64,000 nt of DNA from Octopus sinensis (taxonomy: Eukaryota). The notes under the pieces were generated by a model that did no database searches, was not told where the DNA came from, and saw nothing but the letters and a program-made list of their open reading frames with translations. This document shows positions 53,352-64,000 of this stretch, one piece after another. Numbering within the stretch: the stretch's first letter is position 1; the number at the start of each line of letters is the position of its first letter. Location: NCBI RefSeq assembly GCF_006345805.1, contig NC_043014.1, positions 44,020,001 to 44,084,000 on the forward strand, given 5' to 3'. The translations under genes were made by a program, and so were the position numbers.

Positions 53352-54428
53352 ATGGCTGTCCACTCATGACCAAGGAAGACTCATTGACCACTGCTCATGC
53401 ATGAGGTTATTGTTCCAGCAATCACCTTCACCTGAGTTTTCACCTGCCACTTCCATGCTCACCTTCTCAACCAGTCATTTAGTATTTGCTTTGCCAGTGA
53501 TTGCACAAACTAAAACTTTAGGTCCAATAAGAGTTTCACATACCCTCTCCACCCAATGACACAATCCAAAGACAAGCTAGGACAAGATATCCAGTGCTAA
53601 TATGGGTCACAGGCTCAGGAATGTGGGAGTGCTATGTTCTCAAATACAAGCCAAAGATCCCTATAATGTTCTACGCCATTCCCTGCATATCTGGTTTTAT
53701 ATCAGAGTGACCTTTTTCTAAAGACTTGCTTTAACAAAAGCTAAGGGGTACCTCCATCTTAGCGGTCTTCCAGCAGGCTGGGCATCAACACAGAATTTCT
53801 GAGGGCCTGTGCTTTTGCTGGATAGTTGTTGAACCTACACTAGGTTCATCCATCCTTTTGATAGGTCTACTGGGTTTCGAGCAACCCAGGTCGAGGTGAT
53901 GGTTTAGTTACCAACAACCCAACCATGCAACAGGTTGTACAGCATTCCATGTTACCTGTAGCATTCACAAAAGACCTCACAAATAACTTGATATATATAT
54001 ATATATAGGTTTTATCTTTTACTTGTTTCAGTCATTTGACTGCAGCCATGCTGGAACACCGTGCTGGAATTTCAGTCGAATGAATGAACTGAACCTAGTA
54101 TTTGTTTTTCAAGCCTGGTACTTATTCTATCATCTCCTTTTGCTGAACCTCTAAGATATGGGGATGTAAACACACACACATATATATATACATACATACA
54201 CACACACACATATATATACATACATACATACACACACACATATACACACACACATATATACATACACACACATATATATATATATACATACATACACACA
54301 CATATATATACATACATACACACACATATATACATACACACACACACACTATATACACACACACACACACACACATATATACACACACACACACACATAT
54401 ACATACACACACACACACATATATACAT

Positions 54429-54459
<31 letters not shown>

Positions 54460-54466
54460 TATACAT

Positions 54467-54520
<54 letters not shown>

Positions 54521-54661
54521 CTTTAGCTAAATAAGTCAACCCCAGGACTTATTTTTTGTAAGCCTAGTACTTATTCTAATGGTCTCTTTTGCCGAACCAC
54601 TAGGTTACAGGGAAGTAAACACTCCAGCATCAGTTGTCAAGTGAAGGTGGGAGGTACAAAC

Positions 54662-54713
<52 letters not shown>

Positions 54714-55084
54714 TCACATGACAGGCTTATTTCAGTTTCTGTCTACCAAATCCACTCACAAGGCTTTGGTCGGCCTGAGGCTGTAGTAAAAGACACTTGC
54801 CCGAGGTGCCACGCAGTAGGACTGAACCCAGACATATGTTGTTGGGAAGCTAACTTTTTACCTCACAGCCATGCCTACATATACACATATTCTTTTATTT
54901 GTTTCAGTCATTTGATTGCAGCCATGCTGGAGCACTGCATTTAGTCGAGCAAATCAACCCCAGGACTTATTCTTTGTAAGCCCAGTACTTATTCTATCAG
55001 TCTCTTTTGCTGAAACTGCCAAATTACAGGGTATGTAAACACACCAGCATCAGTTGTCAAGCTGTGTATGTGTGGGAAAGACAA

Positions 55085-55128
<44 letters not shown>

Positions 55129-55294
55129 GACAGGTTTCTTTCAGTTTCTGTGTACCAAATCCACTAACAAGGCTTTGGTCGGTTCGAGGCTATAGTAGAA
55201 GACACTTGCCCAAGATGCCATGCAGTGGCACTGAACCCGGAACCATGTGGTAGGTAATCAAGCTACTTACCATGCAACCATTCCTATGTGTGTG

Positions 55295-55332
<38 letters not shown>

Positions 55333-57358
55333 TACTCTTTACTCTCTCTTTGTGTGTCTGTGTTTGTCCCCCTAGCATTGCTTGACAACCGATGCTGGTG
55401 TGTTTATGTCCCCGTTACTTAGTGGTTCGGCAAAAGAGACCGATAGAATAAGTACTGGGCTTACAAAGAATAAGTCCTGGGGTCGATTTGCTCGACTGAA
55501 GGCGGTGCTCCAGCATGGCCGCAGTCAAATGACTGAAACAAGTAAAAGAGTAAAAGAGAGTAAAGAATATGTATGTATGTGTGTGTGCGTGTATAGTTAA
55601 AATTGTAATGATTAAAGAAACGGAAATGATCTAATTATCAGTAGGATCTTTAAATGACTTGGCATGTGTATACACATATTCATACGTATGCCGTCCATCG
55701 CCATTTTAATGGCCTCACGCGCGCGCGTCATTGTTACTCAAGGGAGGTAACTCTTGAAAAATAGTTAAACTGAGCCGTTTTATTACTCTTTTACTTGTTT
55801 CAGTCATTTGACTGTGGCCATGCTGGAGCACCGCCTTTCGTCGAGCAAATCGACCTCAGGACTTATTCTTTGTAAGCCTAGTACTTATTCTATCGGTCTC
55901 TTTTGCCGAACCGCTAAGTTACGGGGAAGTAATCACACCAGCATCGGTTGTCAAGCAATGCTAGGAGGACAAACACAGACACACAAACATATACACACAC
56001 ATACATTATATATATGTGTGTGTGTATATATATACATATATATATATATATAATATATATATATATACACACACACATAAACGACGGGCTTCTTTCAGTT
56101 TCTGCCCACCAAATTCACTCAGAAGGTTTTGGTCAGCCTGAGGCTATAGTAGAAGACACTTGCGCAAGGTGCCACACAGTGGGACTGAACTCAGAACCAT
56201 GTGGTTGGTAAGCAAACTACTTACCACACAGCCACTCCTACGGATATAATTAGTCCAGTATTTGTTTATGCAAATAATTAGCTAAAACTTTTGATGTCTA
56301 TCGTCCAGTAACCAAAGCCACTAAATGAATAAAAGAATATTTAAATGTCTCTTTACTTAGGCGCGGGAGTGGTTGTGTGTTAAGTAGCTTGCTTACTAAC
56401 CACATGGTACCGGGTTCAGTCCCACTGCGTGGCACCTTGGGCAAGTGCCTTCTAACATAGCCTCGGGCCAACTAAAGCCTTGTGAGTGGATTTGGTTAAT
56501 GGAAACTGAAAGAAGCCAGTTGTATATATGTTTATATATGTGTATGTGCGTGGATATGTTTGTGTGTCTGTGTTTGTTCCCCCCCCACCCAACATCGCTT
56601 GACAACTGATGCTGGTGTGTTTACGTCCCCGTAACTTAGCAGTTCGGCAAAAGAGACTGAGAGCATAAGTACTAGGCTTACAAAGAATAAGTCCTGTGGT
56701 CGATTTGCTCGACTAAAGGCGGTGCTCCAGCATGGCCATAGTCAAATGACTGAAACAGGTAATAGAGTAAAAGAGTAAAATACCATACATCAATAATATA
56801 TCATTATCCAGAATCAAGTAGATTTGAACTTGCATCTCTATAGAGTTTATTTTATAACTTCTTTAATCAACCATTTCACTGCCACACCAAAAACAGAGCT
56901 GAAAATTCTTTAGAATATTTATCCATTCCACCACACATGTTACTAATAATTAGTTAACTACTTGATGCTGTCTGAGTAGAGATCTTCATCATCATCCTCG
57001 TTTTAATGCCCACTTTTCCATGTTTGCACAAGTCAATCAGGATTTGTCAGTGCAGATTTTCTAAGGATGGGCACCCTTCCTGTTACAAACCTTTCATTTG
57101 TTTCTATGCAAGGTAATATCTCTTTAAGGGCTGACACATTTTTCATGGAAGATCGGAAATGAACAAAGCTAAAATACAACTATTGCATGATGTCATGACA
57201 GGGTTTCATTCAGTTTCTGTCTACCAAATCCACTCACAAGGCCTTGAGAAGCTTGGGGTTACAGTCGAAGACATTCAAGGTTCCACACAATGGAACTGAA
57301 CCTAGAACTGCACATTATTTACATTTGATGAATATTTGTCCTCATCTTGTTTGTTGCT

Positions 57359-57404
57359 AGCACAACATTTCGGCTGATATACCCTCCAGCCTTCGTCAGG
57401 TGTC
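57359..57404 (-). ncRNA. Hammerhead motif in tRNA-headed element (left copy)
   Basis: Minus strand gacac CTGACGA a GGCTG-gagggtatat-CAGCC GAAA TGT T gtgct. Confidence 0.65.
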
Positions 57405-57696
57405 CTGGGGAAATTTCGAACTTGTGCTCTCATTCCTAAGGTATTTTTCGATGTTGATGTTATTGTTATTATGATTCAGGTCACTGCCTGGAATCGAACT
57501 CAGAATCTTGGGGTTAGTAGCATGCGCTCTTAACCACTACACCATATGCCTGTAGTGGTTAAGAGCACAGGCTACTAACCCCAAGATTCCGAGTTCAATT
57601 CCAGGCAGTGACCTGAATAATAATAATAATAACAATAATAATAATAACATTGAAAAATACCTTAGGAATGAGAACCCAGGTTCGAAATTACCCCAA

Positions 57697-57737
57697 GACA
57701 CCTGATGAAAGCTGGAGGGTATATCAGCTGAAACATA
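57697..57737 (+). ncRNA. Hammerhead motif in tRNA-headed element (right copy, 3' side damaged)
   Basis: gacac CTGATGA a AGCTG-gagggtatat-CAGCT GAAA cata; the stem I partner appears deleted. Confidence 0.5.
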
Positions 57738-58741
57738 TTAACAACAAACAAAATGAGGACAAATATCTGTCAAATGTAAATTATGTACATAATTCCTCAT
57801 CTCTTAAATATAGAACTGTATTATCTAAGACTGCATGGTTGGGAATCAAGTTTCTTAGCCATACAGCCATACTTGTGCCTTCATGTTCACTTATTTCATA
57901 TTACAATTTTGTAAGCAATAGCATCATTGGTTACAAGTTTCAATAAGCCTGCAACTGGTTCATTACAGTTAAGATAACAATAGTGAGAAGGAACTGTTTC
58001 TACAATTTGAGTGGAACAAATGTTATAAGGGGTTATCATTCAAAAGCACAGGGTTATCACTGAATCTCCAGCAGTTAACTGTTTATCCTAGTATTGTATA
58101 AAATAGATATTCAAATGATTTTTCAAACACTTATTATTTAATTATTATTATTGTGTGAGAGAGCAGTGCGTGCCTTCAAAGTGACACTGGGGTAAAATAT
58201 ACAAAGCCCAGTATACCCATCATGACTACCTGTCTGATAAGGGTACACCAGGCACATGCATCATAACTACGTGTGTGCGACATGGTGATCTCATATCAAG
58301 ATAAACAGCACATGACCTTGCAGGTGGGGCCCCAGTTAGAGTTTTCTTCTGGTCGAGTAACCCATTCTGCTCAAAAGGTCCCTGAATAAAGGTTGTTTAA
58401 GGATGTTGAATGAACCACCCATGTTTCCAGAAGTGAATTATTCAAACCCCAAAAGAATCCCTCTCACCACATGGCTATGATGCTCCCCCGCTACTTCTGC
58501 TCGTGATCAAAGATGCACATATCGCCAGCCACTAAGGGACATGCTCAACTGGTTAAGGTCAAACAACTGACAAGCAAATCTGTGGTATTGAGCAGAATAT
58601 TTGCTGTAGCCCATCCGTTATACCAAGACAAAACAATGTACATGATAACACTTCCAATCAGTTAAGATCAGAAGCCACGAGAGCCACTGTCTGTTACTGC
58701 ATCAGGGCATCACCACTGTCTGGTACTGCATCAGGGCATTA

Positions 58742-58777
<36 letters not shown>

Positions 58778-60346
58778 GTGAAAGTTGTTGTCTAGATCAA
58801 TCTGAGTGGCTATAAAATGAGTCATGAAACATCTAAGCAATTTGAGTTGAAGAAGCAGAATAATAAAAAAAAATTCTACTCTACAACCAACAAACACATT
58901 TGTCCAATCCCAGACAAAAATCAAAATTAGCAGATTCGTAAACACACAGGACAAAGAACCTGTAAAATCATTTGTCCTGTCCGCTTACGAACCTGTTAAT
59001 CAACCCCACCCCCTAATGCAGTCCTCTACAAACCTCTAATAAAATGTGGCTGCCACTGCTGGAAGGTATTTGACCTTAGATCTGTTCTATCAGAATTGAC
59101 CAGCAGCTGTAATACTAAAATGTAAAGCTATGGACTTAATCATCATCATCGTTTAACGTCCGTTTTCCATGCTAGCATGGGTTGGACGGTTCGACCGGGG
59201 TCTGGGAAGCCAGGAGGCTGCACCAGGCTCCAGTCTGATCTGGCAGTGTTTCTACAGCTGGATGCCCTTCCTAACGCCAACCACTCCGTGAGTGTAGTGG
59301 GTGTTTTTTACGTGCCACCGGCACCCAAAATCAAAAACATTAACTGAAACAGTCTAATCACTAGAAATATAGTCAACAGTGATTCAGCAAAGAAAGGGTC
59401 TTAGTAACCCAGAACCAAAATTAATTTTAATGTCCCCCACCTTAATTAGAGGGTGGAGAAAAAAAAATTATAACCAGAAATGATTATCCTTATTCACCCT
59501 CCCTCTGGTACATCTCGGATTATCAAGGAAAAGATTAAGCTATAACCAGGGTAGCAGACAACCCCCACTACACACATGAGTTGGCTAAAGCTTTTCATAT
59601 GCAAACCAGTGGGGCCTGTTCTGAACATTTTAACATTTTCACTGTGCTTTCTAACCTTTTGATCATCAAACATTTCTTTGATGAGGAGTCAAATTAGCTA
59701 ATATCCCTTCTTAAATTTTCCTCAGTGGTTATTAAAGCCAGGCGAAGTTTAATTTGAATTTGTTTTTATATATTTTCAGTTCCTACTCAAATGAATTTTA
59801 GCCCTCCCCAATCTGACTGAGAAACTGCACAATAGGAAAACAAAGTCCTTCAGTGGTGCTCCACTAGATTGTAGGGTTTGTACTTACACTTACACATAAG
59901 GGGCCAACTGTGGCAGGCAGTTGTTGGGAGGGTTCTGAAATTCATTAGACAAACACAACTTTCAGCTGACATGGTCAATATAAAAAGATGTCCTATATGG
60001 TACAGAAGTGGCTTTATAGGTGTAGGAGTGGCTATGTGGTAATAAGTTTGCTTCCCAACCACATGGTTCCAGTTTCAATCCCACTGCATGGCACCTTGGG
60101 CGAATGTCTTTTACTATAGCTTCAGGCTGACCAAAGTGTTGTGAGTGGATTTGGTAGGTGGAAACTGAAAGAAGCTGTCATGTGTATGTGTGTGTGTGTC
60201 TGTCCCTTACCACTGCTTGACAACCAGGGTTAGTAAAATGTTACCTTCCTGAGTCATACCAACTCATAAGGGCTGGTTTCATGGACAGGACCTGGATGGG
60301 ACACCGGTCCATCACAGGAATACCCATTTTTTATATATATATATAT

Positions 60347-61314
60347 ATCATCATCATCATCGTTTAACGTCCGTTCTCCATTCTCCATGCTAGCATGGGT
60401 TGGATGGTTCAACCGGGGATCTGGGAAGCCAGAAGGCTGCACCAGGCTCCAGTCTTATCTGGCAATGTTTCTACAGCTGGATGCCCTTCCTAACGCCAAC
60501 CACTCCATGAGTGTAGTGGGTGCTTTTTACGTGCCACCTGCACAGGTGCCAGGCGAGGCTGGCACGGATTGGTGCATTTTACGTGCAACCAGCACGGAAC
60601 CCAGTCGAGGCGGCACTGGCATCGGCCACGGTTCGGATGGTGCTTTTTACGTGCCACCGGCACGGAAACCATTCGAGGCGGCACTGGCATCGGCCACGAT
60701 TCGGATAGTGCTTTTTATGTACCACCAGTCCAGGGGTCCTAGCATCTGCCAGGTGCCAGTCATAGGATTGGTTCAATTTCGATTTCGATTTCACTTGCCC
60801 CAACAGGTCTTCGCAAGCAAGGGTGCCTGTCGTCGGATGAGGTTCGATATCGACTTCGCTTGCCTCAACAGGTCTTTGTGTGTCCAAGGGAGGAAAGGCA
60901 TGCATAAGTGGGCTGGACTCACTTGTCCTGCCTGGTCTTCTCACGCACAGCATATTTCCAAAGGTCTCGGTCGCTGGTCATTTCCTCAGTGAGGCCTAAA
61001 GTTCGAAGGTCGTGCTTCACCACCTCGTCCCAGGTTTTCCTGGGTCTACCTCTTCCACGGGTTCCCTCAACTGCTAGGGATTGGCACTTTTTCACACACC
61101 TATCTTCATCCATTCTCGTCACATGACCATACCAGCGCAATCGTCTCTCTTGCACACCACAACTGATGCTTCTTAGGTCCAACATTTCTCTCAAGGTACC
61201 AACGCTCATTCGAGTATGCACACTGACATTACACATCCATCGGAGCATACTGGCTTCATTCCTCACGAGCTTACGCATGTCCTCAGCAGTCACGGCCCAT
61301 GTTTCACTGCCATA
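60347..61314 (-). mobile_element. 5'-truncated RTE-clade LINE (C-terminal ORF fragment, 3'UTR, (GAT)n tail)
   Basis: 60919-61314 translates YGSETW...EASMLRWMC...[11 protein letters not shown]...RGRPRKTW...DRDLWK, typical of the RTE C-terminus; the 3'UTR has gtgccaccggcac repeats and ends in a (GAT)n tail. Confidence 0.9.
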
Positions 61315-61453
61315 TATATATGGATGGATGGATGGATGGATGGATGGATGGATGGATGGGTGGGTGGGTGGGTGGGTGGGTGGGTGGGTGGGTGGGTGGG
61401 TGGGTGGATGGATGGATGGAGGATGGATGGATGGATGGATGGATGGATGGATG

Positions 61454-61485
<32 letters not shown>

Positions 61486-62509
61486 TAAATGACGGGCTTC
61501 TTTCAGTTTCTGTCTACCAAATCCACTCACAAGGTTTTGGTCAGCCTTATGCTGTAGAAGACACTTGCCCAAGGTGCCACAAAGTGGGACTGAACTTGGA
61601 ACCATGTGGTTGGTAAGCAAGCTTCTTACCACACAACCACATCTGGGAAGAAAAACAGAAGACCAAGTCTTTCTTTACCTTAGGAACTTGTACTGTAAAA
61701 CACTTTCTTTTTTTCTATCTGCATTTAGTGAATGTTAAAAGATTTTTTTCCAATGGAGAAGTGAACAACCATGAAATGAAGTTATGCCAGACTAAAACTC
61801 TGAATTGATGAATCCCAGCATCACTTTGCTGGTTTTGGTTCCCTATTGGTGAATAGTTAGGGTATTTTTTTTTATGTGAAAATCATTAATATTCACTTCC
61901 ATTATTTAGCTATCCACCACCCAGAGCTAAAACGTTTTTCATCTGATCTCTTCAGATTCAGAAAGGTTAAACAACAATTTCTTCTGAAATTAAGAGAAAT
62001 TATTCATTTTTTTTCTCTCATAGCAGACAGAGAGTTAATAAGAGATTGTATTGAATCTCTTTCAATGACCTGAGGTTAAGTAAAGTAATTTAATTTCTAT
62101 AAATGGTTGGAGGTTAAATAACAGAAAATGAGGTTACTCACAGCTTAAACACGCCAAGTATTCGAGTCATTATCAACAGCAAGTTGCCATCCACCAATCT
62201 TGGAGAATCTAAGGGGGAAAAAATGGCTAATATTCAAATGGAATTTATGAAAAAAAAACAAATCTATTAGATTTTCATCTCACAGCTAGAGGTAAAAATA
62301 ACAAAATATTCAGTCAAAAAAACAATGTTGGTGAAAATAATATCTCTTGTATTCTGCCCACTGCCTTTTAAAGTTTTAGAATAGAATCCTTCAGGCCAAG
62401 AATATTGGTCTCTGATGTTGAAATAGATGTGGCCCTCAACTTGAAGCTCCATTCAAGCATGAATCGAAAAGCAGAAGTTTAACATCTGAAAATGCAACAA
62501 AAAATGAGA

Positions 62510-63442
62510 GCTTGAAAAGCAAACTCCACCCATCTAACACCCGTGGACATATCCTTTTCAAACTCCACCCATCTAACACCCGTGGACATATCCTTTTCAA
62601 ACTCCACCCATCTAACACCCGTGGACATATCCTTTTCAAACTCCACCCATCTAACACCCGTGGACATATCCTTTTCAAACTCCACCCATCTAACACCGTG
62701 GACATATCCTTTTCAAACTCCACCCATCTAACACCCGTGGACATATCCTTTTCAAACTCCACCCATCTAACACCCGTGGACATATCCATTTCAAACTCCA
62801 CCCATCTAACACCCGTGGACATATCCTTTTCAAACTCCATCCATCGAACACCCGTGGACATATCCTTTTCAAACTCCACCCATCTAACACCCGTGGACAT
62901 ATCCTTTTCAAACTCCACCCATCGAACACCCGTGGACATATCCTTTTCAAACTCCACCCATCGAACACCCGTGGACATATCCTTTTCAAACTCCACCCAT
63001 CGAACACCCGTGGACATATCCTTTTCAAACTCCACCCATCTAACACCTGTGGACATATCCTTTTCAAACTCCACCCATCGAACACCCGTGGACATATCCT
63101 TTTCAAACTCCACCCATCTAACACCCGTGGACATATCCTTTTCAAACTCCACCCATCTAACACCCGTGGACATATTTACAAAGTCAGAAAACAGCACAGC
63201 TCCCTTGACTTCAGGAAACATTTTTTCACGCTGAGAGTTGCTGAAGCATGGAACAAACTGCCGGCATCAGTCGTTAGTTGTCGGAGCACTGCATCCTTCA
63301 AAACTTCCATGCTTCCTGAGATTCGCCAACACTACACCTGATTTTCTCCCCTCCATACACACACAAGCATGTATCAGACAATTGTACATTACTGCATATA
63401 CTCTATACGCACTTTCTGACAAGTTGTGGTGCACCTGAGCAC
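62510..63442 (+). mobile_element. CR1-type LINE 3' fragment with internal 39-bp tandem array (~17 copies, 62520-63175)
   Basis: Unit catatccttttcaaactccacccatctaacacccgtgga (HILFKLHPSNTRG); continues into [32 protein letters not shown]; its tail resumes at 63988 after SINE/RTE insertions. Confidence 0.85.
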
Positions 63443-64000
63443 TTTACTTCTACTTGTTTCAGTCATTTGACTGCGGCCATGCTGGAGCACCGCCTTTAGT
63501 CGAGCAAATCGACCCCGGGACTTATTCTTTATAAGCCCAGTACTTATTCTATCGGTCTTTTTTGCCGAACCGCTAAGTGACGGGGACGTAAACACACCAG
63601 CATCGGTTGTCAAGCGATGCTAGGGGGACAAACACACACACACACATACATATATCATCGTCGTTTAACGTCCGTTCTCCATGCTAGCATGGGTTGGACG
63701 GTTCGACCGGGGTTCTGGGAAGCCAGAAGGCTGCACCAGGCTCCAGTCTAATTTGGCAATGTTTCTACAGCTGGATGCCCTTCCTAACGCCAACCACTCC
63801 GTGAGTGTAGTGGGTGCTTTTTACGTGCCACCTGCACAGGTGCCAGGCGGGGCTGGCAACGGCCACGGTCAGATTGGTGTATTTTATGTGCCACCGGCAC
63901 GGAAGCCAGTCGAGGCGGTGCTGGCATACGACAGGCTTCTTTCAGTTTCCGTCTACCAAATCCACTCACAAGGCATTGGTCGGCCCGTATACAATAATTT

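Larger units (their letters stand above)
57310..57820. mobile_element. Head-to-head pair of tRNA-headed, hammerhead-bearing short elements
   Basis: Arms 57310-57540 and 57552-57788 with an 11-nt spacer; each has A-box-like gtagtggttaagagc, B-box-like gagttc(g/a)attcc, an (AAT)n linker and a hammerhead. Confidence 0.7.
1000..63930. mobile_element. Dispersed RTE 3'UTR fragments (about 15 copies)
   Basis: Homologous to 60347-60900 at approx. 1000-1080(+), 1660-1790(+), 1930-2260(+), 15455-15780(-), 17820-18030(+), 18070-18330(-), 19232-19750(+), 27610-28100(-), 39690-40330(-), 45330-45540(-), 52485-52800(-), 59140-59325(-), 63655-63930(-). Confidence 0.8.
7990..63990. mobile_element. SINE family A (tRNA-like head, CORE-like ccttgggcaagt segment, internal microsatellite, gtaaaaga tail), more than 20 copies or halves
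   Basis: Near-full copies at approx. 7990-8380(+), 18411-18810(+), 19801-20150(+), 20455-20845(-), 28250-28660(+), 30907-31265(+), 36349-36710(+), 38245-38660(-), 39056-39435(+), 44605-44990(+), 47823-48210(+), 54895-55290(-), 55785-56240(-), 56360-56780(+); further half copies elsewhere. Confidence 0.85.

Noticed and set aside
7-54539. Dozens of YI/CV/HT-rich ORFs
   Set aside because: They are translations of (TA)n, (TG)n and (TACA)n microsatellites with no splice or codon evidence.
14090-57610. tRNA genes
   Set aside because: The tRNA-like segments are SINE heads lacking complete cloverleaf or acceptor stems.
62436-63234. 240-261-aa repeat ORFs as a genuine gene
   Set aside because: Explained by a 39-bp expansion within a CR1 remnant; no promoter or splice evidence.

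Overview
AT-rich eukaryotic (metazoan) DNA dominated by microsatellites, tRNA-derived SINEs, RTE and CR1 LINE remnants and MITEs. The repeat landscape looks like an octopus genome (inference from recalled repeat families, not a database search). There are no prokaryotic features or CRISPR arrays, and almost all listed ORFs are microsatellite or TE artefacts. One real gene is visible: the 3' part of a + strand multi-exon gene (exons 15429-15446, 24128-24286, 37709-37832, 40412-41275, 42585-43613, probable last exon from 49514; all phases compatible, about 742 aa in the window). Its first ~125 aa resemble the C-terminal helical region of NUGGC/SLIP-GC-type dynamin-related GTPases, followed by a ~600-aa polyQ/low-complexity tail with four psi-K-x-E motifs. 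The GTPase domain itself is not seen and probably lies upstream of the window. The most striking unexplained structure is a set of fold-back (inverted-repeat) insertions, most sitting in (TA)n tracts. Many carry minimal hammerhead-ribozyme cores (CTGANGA...GAAA, palindromic stem III, short stem I) from several sequence families, including one with a tRNA-like Pol III head. Other points of interest are micro-exons, AG|GT dual splice sites and at least seven local tandem arrays, six of them made of TE fragments.
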